Origin: a virus | Virus record (IMG/VR): IMGVR_UViG_3300020202_000047 | Span: 1-40,901 of that record | DNA: 40,901 bases | Reading direction: 5' to 3' (one strand) | Shown here: piece by piece, positions 31,808 through 39,840 of the stretch | Numbering within the stretch: position 1 is the stretch's first letter | Layout of the letters: each line of letters opens with the position of its first letter | Made by a program: the position numbers and the translations under genes | Notes under the pieces: generated by a model | Database searches by the model: none | Seen by the model: only the letters and a program-made list of their open reading frames with translations | What the model was told of the DNA's origin: nothing

Positions 31808-32645
31808 GCGCAAACCGCACCTGTCGGCGACGCAGTTGACCATGCTGTCGCGCTGCGGGCTGCAGTACTACTGGCGGTACATCAAGGGCATCAGGCGCCC
31901 GCCTGGGTCGGCGGCGACGCTGGGCAAGGGGACGCACCGGGCCATCGAGGCGAACCTGCGCGCCAAAATGTCGTGGGGGCAGCTTCTCTCCGAGGAAGAG
32001 GTGAAGCAGAAGGCGGCCGAGGCGACGGCGGCGGCGTGGGACGAGGAGCCGCCGCAGCTCGACGACGACGAACGGGCCGCCGGCGCCGACAAGGTGAAGG
32101 GCGAGCTCGTCGACACGGCGGTCGTGCTGGCGTCTCTGCACCACAAGCAGGCGGCACCCAAGATCGAGCCCATCGCCATAGAGCAGGAGTTCACGATCGA
32201 GATCGACGGCTCCCCGTACGACCTGCTCGGCTACAAGGACATCGAGACGGCGACGCACATCCGGGACACGAAGACCCCGGGGAAGACGCCGTCGGCAGAC
32301 GCGGCAGAGCGGTCGGTGCAGCTCACGCTCTATCACCTCGAAACCAAGCTGCGGACGGGCGAGGACAAGCGGGTCGCGCTCGACAATCTCGTCAAGGGCC
32401 GCTCGCCGAAGTACGTCCCGCTCGAGGCGGGGCGCACGGAGGCAGATCACGCCCAACTGCTTCACCGGGTCGAGGCTGCGGTGCGGACCATCGAGGCGGG
32501 CAACTTCACCCCGGCCAACCCGGACGACTGGTGCTGTTCTCCGAAGTGGTGCGGCTGGTGGGACCAGTGCCCGCAGGGCGCGCGCCAGGTCGCCGTCGTC
32601 CCGCTGATCTCGCCGGACCGCCTGCGGGTGAGGAAAGCGGCGTGA
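31797..32645 (+). CDS. PD-(D/E)XK Cas4/RecB-like exonuclease.
   Basis: N-terminal Cys in LSRCGLQYYW, catalytic IRDTKT (DxK), QLTLYHL (QxxxY) and a C-terminal Cys cluster CCSPKWCGWWDQC. SD AAGGAGG lies 6 nt upstream. The gene is adjacent to erf. Confidence 0.75.
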   Translation: MSSERKPHLSATQLTMLSRCGLQYYWRYIKGIRRPPGSAATLGKGTHRAIEANLRAKMSWGQLLSEEEVKQKAAEATAAAWDEEPPQLDDDERAAGADKVKGELVDTAVVLASLHHKQAAPKIEPIAIEQEFTIEIDGSPYDLLGYKDIETATHIRDTKTPGKTPSADAAERSVQLTLYHLETKLRTGEDKRVALDNLVKGRSPKYVPLEAGRTEADHAQLLHRVEAAVRTIEAGNFTPANPDDWCCSPKWCGWWDQCPQGARQVAVVPLISPDRLRVRKAA

Positions 32646-32812
32646 CGGTTCGCGACGTCATCAAGGAGCGGGCTCGTCGCTGCGCCCGTGCGCTCGCCGA
32701 GTTCTCTCGGGCTGGCATCCCGTCGGACAGCCCCGGCGTGCTCGTCGTGCAGGCCCGCCTCGACGAGCTACATGCGCTGCTCGAGGAGATGGACCGGAAG
32801 GATGCAGCATGA
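32642..32812 (+). CDS. Hypothetical small protein (56 aa).
   Basis: GTGA overlap with the upstream stop. High GC3. Confidence 0.5.
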   Translation: MTVRDVIKERARRCARALAEFSRAGIPSDSPGVLVVQARLDELHALLEEMDRKDAA

Positions 32813-33228
32813 AGCCCGGCGGTCCCTTGAAGCGACGGACGCCGATGAAGCGCAAGACGCGCATCAGGCCGCGCAGCAAGCGCAACAGCTACCGCAAGCG
32901 GGAGCGGGACTTGCCGTACCTGCTTTGGATTCGCGGCGCGGGCGTATGCGTCGCGTGTTTCAAGTTCAGCCCCGGGCCGCGCTGGCGCAACTGGTGCGAC
33001 GGCCCGATTGAGGCGGCGCACCGTGACGTGGGTGGCAAGGCGATGAGCAACAAGACGCCAGATCGCGAGGCGTTGCCGCTCTGCCGCGGGTGCCACCGTG
33101 CGCCGGGGCTGCACCGCTGGGAGCGATGGCAGCAGATGACCAAGCCCGAGCGCCGCGACTGGTGGATGGCGGCGGTGGCCGTGTACCAGGCGGAATACGC
33201 CGCCCAGCTTGCCAAGGAGGCAGCATGA
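32809..33228 (+). CDS. Zn-binding nuclease-like protein (DUF968/DUF1364/NinG-like class, tentative).
   Basis: Basic N-terminus LKRRTPMKRKTRIRPRSK, then CVAC...EAAHRDVGGKAMSNKTPDREALPLCRGCH, which resembles the Cys/His pattern of these lambdoid recombination-region proteins. Confidence 0.5.
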   Translation: MKPGGPLKRRTPMKRKTRIRPRSKRNSYRKRERDLPYLLWIRGAGVCVACFKFSPGPRWRNWCDGPIEAAHRDVGGKAMSNKTPDREALPLCRGCHRAPGLHRWERWQQMTKPERRDWWMAAVAVYQAEYAAQLAKEAA

Positions 33229-33440
33229 CCCGCGACAACGGGACGCGGGTGGCCCACGCAGACATGGACATCATGAGCACGCTGCTCGAGGTGCAGCGGC
33301 TGGCGGATCGGCTCATCCGAGACAACCAGAAGCTGTTGGCGGCGGTGAAGCTGGTGGCGTTCTGCAGGGACTGCAACGTGTGCCGCGGGGTGTGTGAGGC
33401 AGTCCTGCGGGAACTAGTCACCCATGAGGGGGAGCCATGA
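33225..33440 (+). CDS. Hypothetical small protein (71 aa).
   Basis: ATGA overlap with the upstream stop. A CRDCNVCRGVC cluster is present. Confidence 0.55.
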   Translation: MTRDNGTRVAHADMDIMSTLLEVQRLADRLIRDNQKLLAAVKLVAFCRDCNVCRGVCEAVLRELVTHEGEP

Positions 33441-34090
33441 GGGAGCGGCCGATTCTGTTCTCCGCTCCGATGGTGCGCGCCATTCTCGACGGGCGGAAGA
33501 CGCAGACCCGGCGGATCGTGCGTGACGGTCTGGTCGTGCGTGAGACGGCATTCGGCGTTGACGACGCGGCGGCGTTCGGCCTTCGTCCGTGGCCGCGGTC
33601 GGCGGTCGGACCCGTCGAGTGTCCCTACGGCGCGCCGGGCGACCGGCTATGGGTGCGGGAGACGCACGCGCAGTTCGCGGTGGGCGAGGGGCTCGATAGA
33701 TCAGTTCCACAGTGCGTCGCCTACCGCGCGACGTGCGACCAGAACGGCGGTTTCGACTACGTGAACGGGCGCGGCGAGATCATGCGCCTGAAGGTAACGA
33801 AGTGGACGCCTGCGATCCACATGCCGCGCTGGGCGTCGCGCATCACCCTCAACGTCGTCGGCATCCGCGTCGAGCGGCTGCAGGACATCAGCGAGGAGGA
33901 CGCGCGCGCCGAGGGCGTCGAGGCGACGCGCGGTCACGGGCACCCGGCCGGCGATGACTCGCTCTCCGCGTGCGAGGTGTTCCGCGACCTGTGGGACCGC
34001 ATCAACGGCGAGCGCGCCGCGTGGGCCTCGAATCCGTGGGTGTGGGTCGTCGAGTTCCGCCCCGCCACCACCCCACCGGAGGGGACGTGA
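33437..34090 (+). CDS. ASCH/PUA-like domain protein (tentative).
   Basis: N-terminal PILFSAPMVRAILDGRKTQTRR is the typical opening of phage ASCH-like proteins. Confidence 0.5.
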   Translation: MRERPILFSAPMVRAILDGRKTQTRRIVRDGLVVRETAFGVDDAAAFGLRPWPRSAVGPVECPYGAPGDRLWVRETHAQFAVGEGLDRSVPQCVAYRATCDQNGGFDYVNGRGEIMRLKVTKWTPAIHMPRWASRITLNVVGIRVERLQDISEEDARAEGVEATRGHGHPAGDDSLSACEVFRDLWDRINGERAAWASNPWVWVVEFRPATTPPEGT

Positions 34091-34353
34091 TGGGTGCGCC
34101 TGGGCGGTCATGGGCAGAGGAGAGGGCGCTCGAATTGGCGGCGCGGAAGTGGCCGCGGAGCGAGGGCGGGAGGCGCGGCGCCATCGAGCGCGTCATCCGC
34201 GAAACGATTAGCGAGTGCGCGCGAGTGTGTGACGGGCTGCGGTCGGACTCGACGAGCGAATTCGACAACGCCTACCACCTCGCGCTCGACCACGCGCAGC
34301 GACGCATCCGCGCACTAGCGGCACCCCAGGAGGAGACGGGCGATGGTGAATGA
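34090..34353 (+). CDS. Hypothetical protein (87 aa).
   Basis: ATG overlaps the upstream TGA by one base (TGATG). Good GC3. Confidence 0.55.
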   Translation: MGAPGRSWAEERALELAARKWPRSEGGRRGAIERVIRETISECARVCDGLRSDSTSEFDNAYHLALDHAQRRIRALAAPQEETGDGE

Positions 34354-35554
34354 CGAGCTAGTGCGGCTGGCGCGGGCGGTGCGTGACACATGGCTGCGCG
34401 CGCCCGACGGCGACGACCACGAGACGATGCGGCGACTAAACCCGCTGCTGGCGGCTATGGGTGACCACCTCGCCACGTTGGACGCGGCCCCGCGGGAAGC
34501 CACGCTAGTGCGCCTGGTCGACGACCTGCTGCACACATGGAAGACCGACACGGACGGCGCGACGTACGGGGCGCTGCAACGGCTGGACGCATACCGACGC
34601 TCTCAAATCGTCGCCACGCTGGACGCGGCCCCGCGGGACAAGTGCGTTCACGGCCGCCCGCTTACGTGGGCGTGTGAGCAGTGCGTGTCAACGGCGCTGG
34701 ACGACCGCGAGGCCACGCCAGAGGGGGCGCGGGAGACGGCGCTTGGCAGGGCAGCGGAGCACGTAAAGACGCTCTACACGCCGGAAGCGGCCGAGCAGTT
34801 GAAGGCCGACTGTTCACCCGAACCATGCGAGACGTGCGGGGCACTGTCCGACCTGTGCGACGACCTCCGCGCCCGTCTCGCCGCTGCGGAGGCAGACCGG
34901 GACCGCTGGAAAGCCGAGGCGCACGACATGCGCGACAACCAGGGGCGCTACGAAAGCTACCGCCTCAAGGTCGATGCGCTCCGCAAGTGCCAAGCGGACC
35001 TCGACGCCGCCCGCGCCGAGGTGGAGCGGCTGCGGGAATACGCGTGGCACAAAGAGGGCTGCTACGCGCTGACGACAGACGAGGGCGTGTGTGACTGCGG
35101 CTTCGTCGACATCGCCCGCGCCGCCCTGTCCACGGGGACGGCTGGTGCCGCTCAGGCCGCGGGAGCCGCGCTGCCGCCGGGTGGTCACGAGATGATTGAA
35201 AGCGCGCTCACGACGTTGCACGAATCGTGTTGGGCGGGAACCGAAGGACGCCCCGGGTGGCGCTGCATCTTCTGCGATGTCGACGAGCACGACAAACACG
35301 ACCGCCACGCGCCCGACTGCCCGATTCACCAACTGACGGCGGCGCTGATTCCCACGCACGGTGCCGCTCAGGCCGCGGGGGCCACGCCGGTACGCACCGC
35401 CGAAGACGACGTGCTGCAAGGACGCAAGGAGGAGCGGGCTGACGTGGTGGCGTACCTGGACACCGATTGCATGTACGACGGGCGCAAGCTGCGCGAGCGC
35501 ATCGCACAGGGCGAGCACGTCGGCACCGCACGGGGCAAGGGGGAGCCGAGGTGA
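34343..35554 (+). CDS. Cys-rich modular protein (403 aa) with internal repeats. Its C-terminal domain is paralogous to that of 35867..36328.
   Basis: Internal DNA and protein repeats (ATLDAAPR x2, GAAQAAGA x2). C-terminal ERADVVAYLDTDCMYDGRKLRERIAQGEH. Confidence 0.7.
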   Translation: MVNDELVRLARAVRDTWLRAPDGDDHETMRRLNPLLAAMGDHLATLDAAPREATLVRLVDDLLHTWKTDTDGATYGALQRLDAYRRSQIVATLDAAPRDKCVHGRPLTWACEQCVSTALDDREATPEGARETALGRAAEHVKTLYTPEAAEQLKADCSPEPCETCGALSDLCDDLRARLAAAEADRDRWKAEAHDMRDNQGRYESYRLKVDALRKCQADLDAARAEVERLREYAWHKEGCYALTTDEGVCDCGFVDIARAALSTGTAGAAQAAGAALPPGGHEMIESALTTLHESCWAGTEGRPGWRCIFCDVDEHDKHDRHAPDCPIHQLTAALIPTHGAAQAAGATPVRTAEDDVLQGRKEERADVVAYLDTDCMYDGRKLRERIAQGEHVGTARGKGEPR

Positions 35555-35691
35555 GCACCTGGGAGACGGTCTTTCTGTACGTGTCGCTGTTCGCGGGCGG
35601 GTTCGGGTTCTCCGTGTGGCACGCGGCCCATCGACGGTGCTGGTGGTGCGGGGGTCACGGCCGCGAGCGCACCAAGGGAGGGAAGCCGTGA
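35551..35691 (+). CDS. Small membrane protein (46 aa) ending in ERTKGGKP.
   Basis: GTGA start overlap. TM segment VFLYVSLFAGGFGFSVW. The 3' end carries the 21-nt repeat that supplies the next gene's SD. Confidence 0.5.
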   Translation: MSTWETVFLYVSLFAGGFGFSVWHAAHRRCWWCGGHGRERTKGGKP

Positions 35692-35867
35692 GCGCGAAGG
35701 TCGACGCGTTTGACGTCGTGTTCTGGATGTTCCTGGGTGCGATGGCGCTGATGGTCCTCGGACTGCTGGGCGTGAAGTGCGTGGGCGTGGGCATCGACTA
35801 CTGCCGCGACACCCCCGGCGCCTGTCAGCCGCGGGACGCGGGCGAGCGCACCAAGGGAGGGAAGTGA
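35688..35867 (+). CDS. Small membrane protein (59 aa) ending in ERTKGGK.
   Basis: GTG start after the AAGGGAGGGAAG SD. TM segment VVFWMFLGAMALMVLGLLGV. Confidence 0.5.
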   Translation: MSAKVDAFDVVFWMFLGAMALMVLGLLGVKCVGVGIDYCRDTPGACQPRDAGERTKGGK

Positions 35868-36328
35868 TGAGCGGGCCGCGATGCACATGCGACCCGGGCC
35901 TGCTGGCGGCGCTTGGGCACGGCAGCTTTTGCCCCGCGCAATCCGGGCCCGCCGCAGGCGCACCAGAATGCACATGCGCCATCGAGACCGGATGTACGCG
36001 CTTCGGATGCCCGGTGCATTGCCCGCTGCCACCAGAGACCCCCAGCGGGGAGACGCCGCGGGATGACGTTGGTGCGGGCATCGCGTTCGTGACCGACGAG
36101 CATGGTCCCTACGCGAAGTGCCGCGGGTGCGGCGCTGCGACGCCGATGGGCAATCGCCTCCGTTGGCAGCGCGCGCAACTGGCCGCCGCCGAGGAGCGCG
36201 GCGCCCTGCGGGAGCGTGAGCGGGTCGTGGCGTACATCGACACCGATGCCATGTACGACGGGGCCAAACTGCGCGCGGCCATCGAGCGCGGCGATCACGC
36301 CCCCAACGACAAGGGGGCAGGCAAGTGA
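35867..36328 (+). CDS. Cys-rich protein (153 aa) with a C-terminal domain paralogous to the end of 34343..35554.
   Basis: C-terminal ERERVVAYIDTDAMYDGAKLRAAIERGDH. SD AAGGGAGGGAAG lies upstream. Confidence 0.65.
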   Translation: MSGPRCTCDPGLLAALGHGSFCPAQSGPAAGAPECTCAIETGCTRFGCPVHCPLPPETPSGETPRDDVGAGIAFVTDEHGPYAKCRGCGAATPMGNRLRWQRAQLAAAEERGALRERERVVAYIDTDAMYDGAKLRAAIERGDHAPNDKGAGK

Positions 36329-36639
36329 ACACGTGCGGGAACTGCGGCTCCACGTTTACGCCTGAGACGTTCCACTCGTGTACCGCGCGAGACGACCGCG
36401 CCCGCCGCTTTGCGAGGGCGTGGAAGCAAAGCGCCCGCGACTGGCGCACCGTCGCCGGGATGCACCTCGCCGTGGGCAAGCGAGCCGAGGCCCGCGCCGA
36501 CGCCGCCGAGGCGGCACTACGCGAGGCGGTGACGCTTATCGAGTTCCTACGCGAGCGGTGCAATCACCACGGCGGATCGCTCGACTGTCTCGACGAGGAC
36601 CGTATCGACGCCTTCCTAGCCACGCACCGCAAGCCCTGA
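36325..36639 (+). CDS. Hypothetical protein (104 aa) with an N-terminal CGNCG motif.
   Basis: GTGA overlap with the upstream stop. Good GC3. Confidence 0.6.
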   Translation: MNTCGNCGSTFTPETFHSCTARDDRARRFARAWKQSARDWRTVAGMHLAVGKRAEARADAAEAALREAVTLIEFLRERCNHHGGSLDCLDEDRIDAFLATHRKP

Positions 36640-36685
36640 CCGCGCCGATACATGGTAAGCAGAACCACGCCCGATCACCCAGAGA

Positions 36686-36961
36686 ATGACTATGAAGCAG
36701 TACGACATAGACGACGTGATGGCGACCGTGAAGGGCGTGATGGACGGCCAGGACATGCAGGACGAGGTGCTCGAGCGGATCGAGAAAGCCGTGGACGGGC
36801 TGCGTCTCAAGGTCGACTTGCTCGGCTCGAATCTCGCGGCCGTGACCGCGCACGTCTCCTCGGTCGAGCAGACATACAGTGGGCTGCTCATCTGGGTAAA
36901 GCGGTTAGCCAACGAACCAAAGAACGCGCGCAAGAAACGCCGAAAGAAATCAATCAGGTAG
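36686..36961 (+). CDS. Hypothetical coiled-coil protein with a basic tail (91 aa), immediately upstream of int.
   Basis: Good GC3. C-terminal KNARKKRRKKSIR. Confidence 0.6.
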   Translation: MTMKQYDIDDVMATVKGVMDGQDMQDEVLERIEKAVDGLRLKVDLLGSNLAAVTAHVSSVEQTYSGLLIWVKRLANEPKNARKKRRKKSIR

Positions 36962-36992
36962 TTCACCTGTTCAGGTTCCGCGTTCAGGTCCC
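36961..36992 (+). repeat. Three closely spaced GTTCA(C/G)(C/G)T direct repeats (GTTCACCT, GTTCAGGTTCC, GTTCAGGTCCC) in the int upstream region.
   Basis: Read directly in the 66-bp gap before the integrase GTG. A related GTTCACGGT occurs at about 38236, downstream of int. Confidence 0.6.
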
Positions 36993-37027
36993 TGCGCGGT
37001 TACAACGCCCGGCGGGACGGGCATAGC

Positions 37028-38104
37028 GTGCGGATTCGGGTACCCATCAACGGGCAGATGGTCGAGGCCGAAGGTGACGCCGATGAGGTGCGCGCCTTCG
37101 CCGAGTCCGTCACGTCCGATCGCAAGGCGCCGGTGCGTGCTCGCCGGGAGCCCGTCGAGGCGCCGACCATCGCCGAGCTGTGGGAGCGGTGGGCGACGTG
37201 GGCGGTCGAGGGGCTGCCGTCGTATCAAACGCGCAAGTCGCAGAGAACGCCGCTCATGACCACGCCGATGCTCATCGACGGTGAGGCGGTCACGTTTGCC
37301 GATCTTCGCTGCGATCAGGTCACGGCCGGCCACGCCGAGCACTACCGGGCGGCGCGCTCGAAGGTGGTGAGCCGCTTCGGCCGGCTCGTGAAGGGCAACA
37401 GCATCAACAACGAGCTCACCACGTTGCAGATGATGCTGACGTGGCACGTCCGGCACGGGACCATCCCACGCAACCCGCTCGACGGCTGGAAGCGCGAGAA
37501 CGAGGACAAGTACACCCGGCGTACGTATTTGAACGAGGACGACTTCTTTCGCCTCATCGCGCACGGGATCCCGACCTATCAGGACATCATGTTCGTGGCG
37601 TACCGCTGTATGCTGCGAAACGCTGAGGTGCGGCTGCTGCGCAAGGACGGCGAGATCGACTGGTCGAACCGGGTCATCCACCTCGACGGAGCCCGGACCA
37701 AGTCCCGCCGGCCGCGCGAGGTCCCGATCCCCGCCGACGCGTTCGACGTCCTCGACCGCCATGCCCGCGCCTCACGTGGCTCGACGGTGTTCGTGCACCC
37801 GCAGGACCCGGCGAGGCGCAGGCCCGTCACGCACGCGTCCTTCTGGCGCTGGCACGACAACGCCCGCAAGGCGTCCGGCCTCGTCGGCGTCGGCGGGGAG
37901 GTCATCGTCATCCACCACACCCGGCACGCGGGCGTCACGAACGCGCTCGAGGTGCTGCCAGCTCCCCAGGTCGCCAAGTACGCCGGGCTGTCCCTGCGCG
38001 TGCTCGACAAGACGTACTCGAAGTTCTCCCGCGTCCAGCAGGAAAAGTTCCGAGAGGCGCTGGACGCGATCGCGCCAAAGCGCACGCCGGGCGACGACAC
38101 CTGA
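37028..38104 (+). CDS. int: Tyrosine integrase (phage integrase family).
   Basis: The catalytic-domain pattern is present: MLRNAEVRLL (Arg I), TKSRRPREVPI (Lys), IHHTRHAGVT (HxxRH) and LDKTYSKF (Tyr). Confidence 0.85.
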   Translation: MRIRVPINGQMVEAEGDADEVRAFAESVTSDRKAPVRARREPVEAPTIAELWERWATWAVEGLPSYQTRKSQRTPLMTTPMLIDGEAVTFADLRCDQVTAGHAEHYRAARSKVVSRFGRLVKGNSINNELTTLQMMLTWHVRHGTIPRNPLDGWKRENEDKYTRRTYLNEDDFFRLIAHGIPTYQDIMFVAYRCMLRNAEVRLLRKDGEIDWSNRVIHLDGARTKSRRPREVPIPADAFDVLDRHARASRGSTVFVHPQDPARRRPVTHASFWRWHDNARKASGLVGVGGEVIVIHHTRHAGVTNALEVLPAPQVAKYAGLSLRVLDKTYSKFSRVQQEKFREALDAIAPKRTPGDDT

Positions 38105-38109
38105 ACACA

Positions 38110-38136
38110 CGCGCCGTCCTGTAGGACAAAGGCGCG
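38110..38136 (+). terminator. Stem-loop immediately after int (CGCGCC GTCC-TGTA-GGAC AAA GGCGCG). Terminator-like, but no U-tract.
   Basis: Read directly. It begins 6 nt after the int stop. Confidence 0.35.
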
Positions 38137-38185
38137 GACCGTAGCAGGGTCACCGCACGAAATGCAAGGGCGTCACGTTTCTGAC

Positions 38186-38213
38186 TTCACAAATGGGGGG
38201 CAGGCCCTAATAT
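38186..38213 (+). promoter_or_regulatory. Candidate sigma70-like promoter TTCACA-16 nt-TAATAT.
   Basis: It lies in the 268-bp lower-GC gap between int and the next gene. Motif match only. Confidence 0.3.
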
Positions 38214-38372
38214 CGTCGCTGCCCAACCCCATGAAGTTCACGGTCTCTCGCCTTGTATGCTCGCCCGCCGCTTCCGCGGTCGGCCGAGAGTCCGTCGCCG
38301 TCATGGGTTGGGCAAGAACCAGTGACAGCGGCGAGCGAGCGTAGAGGGCGAGAGCCTTAGGAGGGACGGATC

Positions 38373-38717
38373 ATGGCGCGCGAGATTTCCCGTAAGGGAT
38401 CTCCTCAGAGGGAGATGACCTTGTTCGGGTCGAAACGACCCGACGAAAACCGGCTCAGTAATCTCGGTTCGGCAGAAGCGACGAGTTGTCCACAGTCGGG
38501 GACACTCACGGCGTTCGTCGCCGGCTGTGTGCTCGACGGGATGGAGGTCGCAGAGGCGACCCGGCTGCTCGCTGAGCTGCGGTCGGCGGCCAAGAAGATC
38601 GCCAAGCTGGCGGTGGCCGAGGAGTGGGACGCGGCGCGCATCGACGCCGAGATCGACAGCGTCATCACCCGGTTCTTCGACAAGGCCGAGGCCAAGAAGC
38701 GCGAGGCCCGTTCGTGA
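38373..38717 (+). CDS. Hypothetical protein (114 aa).
   Basis: Strong SD TAGGAGGGA lies 7 nt upstream of the ATG. The first 45 or so codons have lower GC3 than the rest. Confidence 0.6.
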   Translation: MAREISRKGSPQREMTLFGSKRPDENRLSNLGSAEATSCPQSGTLTAFVAGCVLDGMEVAEATRLLAELRSAAKKIAKLAVAEEWDAARIDAEIDSVITRFFDKAEAKKREARS

Positions 38718-39661
38718 AGCTGCTGCGCACGACCGAGGTGAAGCTGTCGGCGCTCAAGCTGCGCGGCGGGTGGGAGAAGGAGGTCGACGACGCCCACGTC
38801 AGGCGCCTGGCCGACGAGATCGAAGCGGGCGCCATCCTGCCCCCGATCCGCATCGACGAGGGCAAGGGCATCGTCTTCGGGTACCACCGGGTGGCCGCCC
38901 ACAAGCTGGCCGGCCGGACGGTCATCGCCGCCGAGGTGGTGGAACTCGAGCGGCCCGACGAGGCGGAAGCGGCCGCCCTCGGCGAGAACCTGCACCGCCG
39001 GAACATCACCGGGGAGCAGCGGGCCAAGTGCACGGCGCGGCTCGTCGAGATTTACGCGGCGAGGTTCAAGGAGGTTTCTCCGCAAGCTGCGGAAAAACCC
39101 GCCAAGGGCGGCCGGCCGAAGTCACCCGAGCGCGAGGCCATCCGTGAGGTGGCGAAGCTGCGCGAGGTCTCCGAGGACACCGTCGAGCGCGACGTGAAGG
39201 CAGCGAAGGCCCCCGAGCCCCAGCCCCCGACGCCCGCCGCCCCCCCGCCCATCGACTGCCACGGTCACGCGCTGTCGGACGGCGTGCGCACGCAGGTGGT
39301 CGAGGTGCAGGCGCTGCTCGACGAGGCGGCGAACGCCATGTCTCGCGTGGTCGCGGCGCTGAACAAGCTCGAAGACCTGTCGCCCGAGGTCGCCAACAAC
39401 ACCTTCGCGCAGGGACTGGCGCTCAACGCCCGGGAGATGAACCGGGTGATTCGCGACCGTCGGCCCGCGCACCTCTGCACCCACTGCCGCGGTGGCGAGC
39501 TAAGGCCGAGGTGCCCGCTGTGCAAGGGGCTAGGTGCAATTTCTGCCGAGCTCTACGCCCGCACGCCGAAGGACGGCGGCAAGCCGGCGAAGAAGCAGGC
39601 CAAGAAGGTCGTGGTGGTCGACGAGAACGGCCAGCCGATCGCGACGGGTGGCGAGCCGTGA
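38714..39661 (+). CDS. ParB/Srx-like N-terminal domain protein with a central HTH-like segment and a C-terminal CxxC..CxxC zinc ribbon.
   Basis: ILPPIRIDEGKGIVFGYHRVAAHKLAG...ENLHRRNIT follows the ParB N-terminal (GxxRxxA) pattern. GRPKSPEREAIREVAKLREVSEDTVERDV is HTH-like. CTHCRGGELRPRCPLCKG is the zinc ribbon. The CDS contains palindrome copy 3. Confidence 0.75.
   Translation: MKLLRTTEVKLSALKLRGGWEKEVDDAHVRRLADEIEAGAILPPIRIDEGKGIVFGYHRVAAHKLAGRTVIAAEVVELERPDEAEAAALGENLHRRNITGEQRAKCTARLVEIYAARFKEVSPQAAEKPAKGGRPKSPEREAIREVAKLREVSEDTVERDVKAAKAPEPQPPTPAAPPPIDCHGHALSDGVRTQVVEVQALLDEAANAMSRVVAALNKLEDLSPEVANNTFAQGLALNAREMNRVIRDRRPAHLCTHCRGGELRPRCPLCKGLGAISAELYARTPKDGGKPAKKQAKKVVVVDENGQPIATGGEP
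39073..39099. repeat. 27-bp near-palindrome GGTTTCTCCGCAAGCTGCGGAAAAACC, copy 3 of 3, inside the ParB-like CDS.
   Basis: Identical to 7720..7746. It encodes VSPQAAEKP in the linker between the ParB N-domain and the HTH-like segment. Confidence 0.85.
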
Positions 39662-39840
39662 AGCGCCGGCGGTCTCAGTTTCTCTGCGCCGTGACCGAGC
39701 CCGGCGAGGTCGGTCACTGGGGCACCGAGAACGATACGTGCTCTTGGAAGGATGACGACGGGTCCTTCTGGCGCATCGATGTCATCGACGGCGTGGCGTA
39801 CACGCTGTGCGTCTCTTCCCCGCTGCCGGTGCCGTTCTGA
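39658..39840 (+). CDS. Hypothetical small protein (60 aa).
   Basis: GTGA overlap with the upstream stop. The downstream helicase ATG overlaps its stop (TGATG). Confidence 0.5.
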   Translation: MKRRRSQFLCAVTEPGEVGHWGTENDTCSWKDDDGSFWRIDVIDGVAYTLCVSSPLPVPF

